Assembly (NCBI GenBank): GCA_946407735.1 | Contig: CAMJPL010000001.1 | Location: forward strand, 88,182-152,181 | Direction of reading: 5' to 3' | Length of the DNA stretch: 64,000 bases | Source of the DNA: an uncultured Clostridia bacterium | Lineage (GTDB): Bacteria > Bacillota > Clostridia > Oscillospirales > CAG-272 | Shown: piece after piece, positions 60,810-64,000 of the stretch | Layout of the letters: each line of letters starts with the position of its first letter | Numbering within the stretch: position 1 is the first letter of the stretch | The notes under the pieces: model-generated | Databases searched by the model: none | Told to the model about the DNA's origin: nothing | What the model saw: only the letters and a program-made list of their open reading frames with translations | Made by a program: the position numbers and the translations under genes

Positions 60810-62291
60810 TTACATATGCTCCGGCTTGAAGCCGTCGGCCATCTCGAGTATCTCGACGCGCTCGCGGTCTATTATGTCGAACAGCTTGTTCATTCTCGTG
60901 ACGAAGATGTATTTCGCCTTGACGATAGGCATGGCGTCGAGTATCTGCCATATCCCCTCGGCGCCTTCGGCGTAGGAGGTCGTCTGGAAGGTCTCGTTCA
61001 GAAGGATCAGGGCGTGCGGATGGTTTTCGACGCCGTCGACGATCCTCGCTATCTGCTGTACCTCGCCCTCGAAGCGTCCGGCCGTGTCGCCGGCGCGGAA
61101 ATCCTCCTCGGCCGAGGAAAAATGGGAGTACAGCGCCCCGCGGATGGATATCTCCGCCTCGGCGGCGGTGACGGGGAGCCCGGCCTGAGCCATGATATGG
61201 GCGATGCCGATGCCGCGCAGGAGGGTGGTCTTGCCCATGTTGCTCCGCCCGCGTATGATTATGCCGTCTGACTCGCGCGTCAGCTCGATGTCGGACGGGA
61301 CGATGTCGGCGCCGGTCTTGTTCTCGGTGACGAGGGAGAAAGTGCGCAGGGTCTTCAGAGAGAAACGGTCCTCGTCAGCATCCAGAAGCTTCGGGAACGA
61401 CCAGTCTATCCCGGACTCACTGAGGAAGCCGATCATCTCAAGCGCAGCGTCGTAGAATACTATCTCTCCCGACAGGCCGGAGAAGGTGTCGTATATGCCG
61501 CCTGTGACCGACGTCAGAGCGGCGTCGATCCTGCGAAGCGATTCGCTCGCGATATACAGCGCGTCGTCTACCGTCGCCTCGTCGCTCTCTATCGGGAAGA
61601 CGGCGGCGTCGCCGGTCTTTTTGCGGCTGAACAGCTTGGCGAGCGGGTTCTGCGGCTTGTCGTCGATCTCGGTTATCTCGCAGAGATCGGCGGTCGTGAG
61701 ACGGAGAGCGGTGTCGAGCTCGGCCATCGCCGAGAACTCGAAATCGGCAGGAGATTTGTACCTGAACAGGGCGCTCACCCTCTCGAGCTCGCTCAGCCTC
61801 TCGCTTTCGAGCATCGACCTGCAGAAGTCGCGTATCGACGTAAGACATTCGCTCTTTATCTCGTATTTGCCTATGATCTCGGCGAAGGAGGCGAAGAACG
61901 AGGTGATCGTCTTCGGGAACATCGCCGTCACCTTGAGCGAGGCGAAGGTGTATTCGAGAAGGGCGCGGCGGTTCACCGAACCCGACTGCGGATAGGCTCC
62001 CGAGCGCATCTGCTGCCAGTCGGAGCGGACGCGGTCGTATCTTGAGAATATAGTCTTGAGCTCGTCAAGAAGTCCGTCGTTTTCGATGAAATCGCGCATC
62101 AGCTGCTGACGGTATTCGATGTCGGCTCTGTCGGTGAGCGGGCGGCTGAGAACGCCGAGAAGATAGTCGGCGCGGCGCTGATCCGATACCGTCTTCCTCA
62201 CGGCACGGTCGAGCGACAGGTCGTAGGCGAGATCGAATACCTCGGTGCGCTCGGCGGATTCGGGCGTGCGGTATAATAAACTGAATTTCAT
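60810..62291 (-). CDS. MutS-related ATPase (core and domain V only), paralog B
   Basis: Walker A GRSNMGKTTLLR, MAQAGLPV, GRFEGEV and LILLNETFQTT in the Walker B position. No mismatch-binding or Smr domain. Confidence 0.75.
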   Translation of the reverse strand: MKFSLLYRTPESAERTEVFDLAYDLSLDRAVRKTVSDQRRADYLLGVLSRPLTDRADIEYRQQLMRDFIENDGLLDELKTIFSRYDRVRSDWQQMRSGAYPQSGSVNRRALLEYTFASLKVTAMFPKTITSFFASFAEIIGKYEIKSECLTSIRDFCRSMLESERLSELERVSALFRYKSPADFEFSAMAELDTALRLTTADLCEITEIDDKPQNPLAKLFSRKKTGDAAVFPIESDEATVDDALYIASESLRRIDAALTSVTGGIYDTFSGLSGEIVFYDAALEMIGFLSESGIDWSFPKLLDADEDRFSLKTLRTFSLVTENKTGADIVPSDIELTRESDGIIIRGRSNMGKTTLLRGIGIAHIMAQAGLPVTAAEAEISIRGALYSHFSSAEEDFRAGDTAGRFEGEVQQIARIVDGVENHPHALILLNETFQTTSYAEGAEGIWQILDAMPIVKAKYIFVTRMNKLFDIIDRERVEILEMADGFKPEHM

Positions 62292-62297
62292 GATGCG

Positions 62298-63761
62298 TTA
62301 TACCTCTCCGAATCTCTCGCCGAGCTGTTCTCTTGTCAGACGGTATTTAAGCAGGATGTCTCGGGCGTAGCTCGAGCTGTCGGCGCGGCGGCGCTCCACC
62401 TTGTATGTCCTGCGGTTCGCGTCGGTATGATCGACGACGACGTTCAGATACGGTATCTGATTCTGGCTTATTCCGAGCTGATGAGTGATGTAAAGCCCGA
62501 ACACGCCGGTGCTGTACAGCCGCGACGCCAGAGAAGAGGTGAGGTTCACGGCTATATCCTCGGTCGTCGTCGAGTACGTCTCGTTCAGCAGCACGATGGA
62601 GCTGCCGTCGGCCTTCGCAAGGATGGCGTCGACGCGGTTCTGGTCGTCCATGAAGCGGCCGTTCTCGTCGAAGCGCTCGTCCCTCGGGAAATGGGTGTAG
62701 ATGCCGTCCGGTATGCTCATCTCGGCCGACTCGCAGGCGACCGGGCATCCGAGAGCGAACATGACGGCGGTGGTCCCCACGGCGCGGAGATACGTCGTCT
62801 TGCCGCCTCCGTTGGCGCCGGTGAGATAGAAGAAGGGCTCGTCGGCGGTGAAGAGGATGTCGTTCGGTATGATCTTCATGTCGTCCTTCGCGAGGAGCGT
62901 TATGTCGTATGCCGAGCGGACGTCGATCTTCTTCTCCGTTGATATCGTCGGGAATATGAGCGGTATCCCGGCGGCGGTCACACGGTCGAACGCCGACGCG
63001 AAACCGAGGTAGAACCGAAGCTGACCGATATATGAAAGCACTGCGCGGTCGTAGAACTTTCCCATCTCTTTCCGGAAGGCGGCGAAGGCGGCGAACTCAT
63101 CCGGCAGCGCCTTGACGACGCCGCTGATGATGTTCATCGAAAGCGGATTCGCTTGCTTGACGTCCGGGATCGGGCGGGGAAGCCCCAGACCCTCGGCGCA
63201 TTCGGCGATGGTCTGGAGATATGTGCTTTTCGGGCTGTCCTTTACCCTGATCGACTCGCCCTTCGTGATGAAGCAGACTCTGTTTTTCAGAAGTCCGGTC
63301 ACCATCGGCAGGACGTTTTCGAGAGCGGACGAGGTGCGGTCGAACCAGCTCATCCCGGTCTGGGCGGTGAAAAACGAGTTGAACCGCGAAAGCAGCTCTC
63401 CGCTGCCGGAAAGAGCCGCCGCCGCCTTATAAAACGCGAGCAGTCTCGAGGCGAGGGTGACATATATGACGTCCCTCTCGCTGTCCGAGCGGGCTGCGCC
63501 GTACAGCGCGTCGGTCTCGCCGAGCTCCTCTGCCGCCGAGAGCAGAGTCTGCATCCGTCCCCTGAATCCGGAGTCGGTGAGGCACGAAAATACCTCCCGT
63601 CGGGCGCGGATGTCCTCCTCGCCGAGAAGATACCCGGCGTCGTCGAGCGTGTGCTCCGGCAGAAGCGCCGTCAGCCTGAGATCGTCGAACGTTTCGGCGG
63701 ATATTTTGTTTTCCGGTCTGTCGGCGGTGAAAAGCAGATCGGGAAAGATAGATTGCGCCAT
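62298..63761 (-). CDS. MutS-related ATPase (core and domain V only), paralog A
   Basis: Walker A GANGGGKTTYLR, FALGCPV, IVLLNETYSTT in the Walker B position, and ITHQLG. No mismatch-binding or Smr domain. Confidence 0.75.
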   Translation of the reverse strand: MAQSIFPDLLFTADRPENKISAETFDDLRLTALLPEHTLDDAGYLLGEEDIRARREVFSCLTDSGFRGRMQTLLSAAEELGETDALYGAARSDSERDVIYVTLASRLLAFYKAAAALSGSGELLSRFNSFFTAQTGMSWFDRTSSALENVLPMVTGLLKNRVCFITKGESIRVKDSPKSTYLQTIAECAEGLGLPRPIPDVKQANPLSMNIISGVVKALPDEFAAFAAFRKEMGKFYDRAVLSYIGQLRFYLGFASAFDRVTAAGIPLIFPTISTEKKIDVRSAYDITLLAKDDMKIIPNDILFTADEPFFYLTGANGGGKTTYLRAVGTTAVMFALGCPVACESAEMSIPDGIYTHFPRDERFDENGRFMDDQNRVDAILAKADGSSIVLLNETYSTTTEDIAVNLTSSLASRLYSTGVFGLYITHQLGISQNQIPYLNVVVDHTDANRRTYKVERRRADSSSYARDILLKYRLTREQLGERFGEV

Positions 63762-63802
63762 TTGGATATATCCTTGAAAATAGTCGGTTTATTACATACA
63801 CT

Positions 63803-63831
63803 ATTGTAGCACAAATCCATGCCGTTGTCAA
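63803..63831 (-). promoter_or_regulatory. SigA-type promoter (TTGACA-17bp-TACAAT, minus strand) of the MutS-like operon
   Basis: TGTCAA at 63826-63831 and ATTGTA at 63803-63808 on the plus strand, with a 17-bp spacer. Confidence 0.6.
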
Positions 63832-63865
63832 TGAGGATGATGTGAACAGAGACGCGGCGTGAAAT

Positions 63866-63896
63866 ACAAAAAAGCCCGACGCCGGGCGTTCGGGCT
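63866..63896 (-). terminator. Terminator of the partial gene at the right edge
   Basis: On the minus strand, AGCCCGA-acgcccggcg-TCGGGCT followed by TTTTTTG. Confidence 0.65.
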
Positions 63897-63936
63897 GTAT
63901 GTTAGATTGTGGCAGATATTATATCCCTATGATATA

Positions 63937-64000
63937 TCATCCTGTGACGCTGCCTTTTTCTCTCTTTTCATGCTGCGACATCAGCCAGTACATCACTTCG
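63937..64000 (-). CDS. 3' end of an unidentified gene running off the window
   Basis: Open frame to the window edge ending ...EVMYWLMSQHEKREKGSVTG*, followed by a terminator. Too short to assign a function. Confidence 0.3.
   Translation of the reverse strand, partial: EVMYWLMSQHEKREKGSVTG

Noticed and set aside
62347-63831. ORFs 62347-62748 (-), 62427-62942 (+), 63153-63809 (+) and 63427-63831 (-) overlapping the MutS-like genes.
   Set aside because: They are out-of-frame or antisense to genes with clear Walker A and MutS blocks and have no independent signals.

Overview
High-GC (by eye over 60%) Clostridia-type Firmicutes chromosome segment. Supporting gene content: an SLH-anchored wall protein, ruvC-ruvA-ruvB, ecfA1-ecfA2-ecfT-truA, NfnAB, RqcH, YfhO, rpsO-pnp, and many TTGnnn-17bp-TATAAT promoters. 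Most of the window is housekeeping, envelope and carbohydrate-uptake genes, tightly packed. In this GC-rich DNA the long antisense or alternate-frame ORFs in the track are artefacts. The clearest accessory feature is a 4,956-bp AT-rich integrative element at 50173-55128. It carries a tyrosine integrase, an Xis-like HTH protein, a pC194/pUB110-type rolling-circle Rep and a strongly acidic 147-aa ORF, and has about 1.4 kb of non-coding DNA. It sits in tRNA-Leu(UAG) between perfect 43-bp direct repeats. Unusually, the duplicated segment is the 5' half of the tRNA. The tRNA's perfect consensus promoter is therefore stranded at the far end of the element and now points into it, toward the acidic ORF. 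Other points worth a second look: (1) an intact 956-aa P-type ATPase homolog in which the TGES, PEGLP, DKTGT, TGD and GDGxND motifs all look replaced; (2) a dispersed ~70-bp arm-plus-hairpin repeat family with 4 copies, two of them bracketing ruvA in inverted orientation; (3) four tandem 14-bp palindromic units in the ald leader; (4) a 10-codon mini-ORF with a strong SD plus a hairpin upstream of a P-loop/GNAT fusion gene; (5) an operon encoding two MutS-domain-V-only paralogs, both with LLNET in place of the Walker B DE, followed by a DUF523 gene. No CRISPR array, rRNA or prophage was seen. All functional calls rest on motif recognition by eye; no searches were run.
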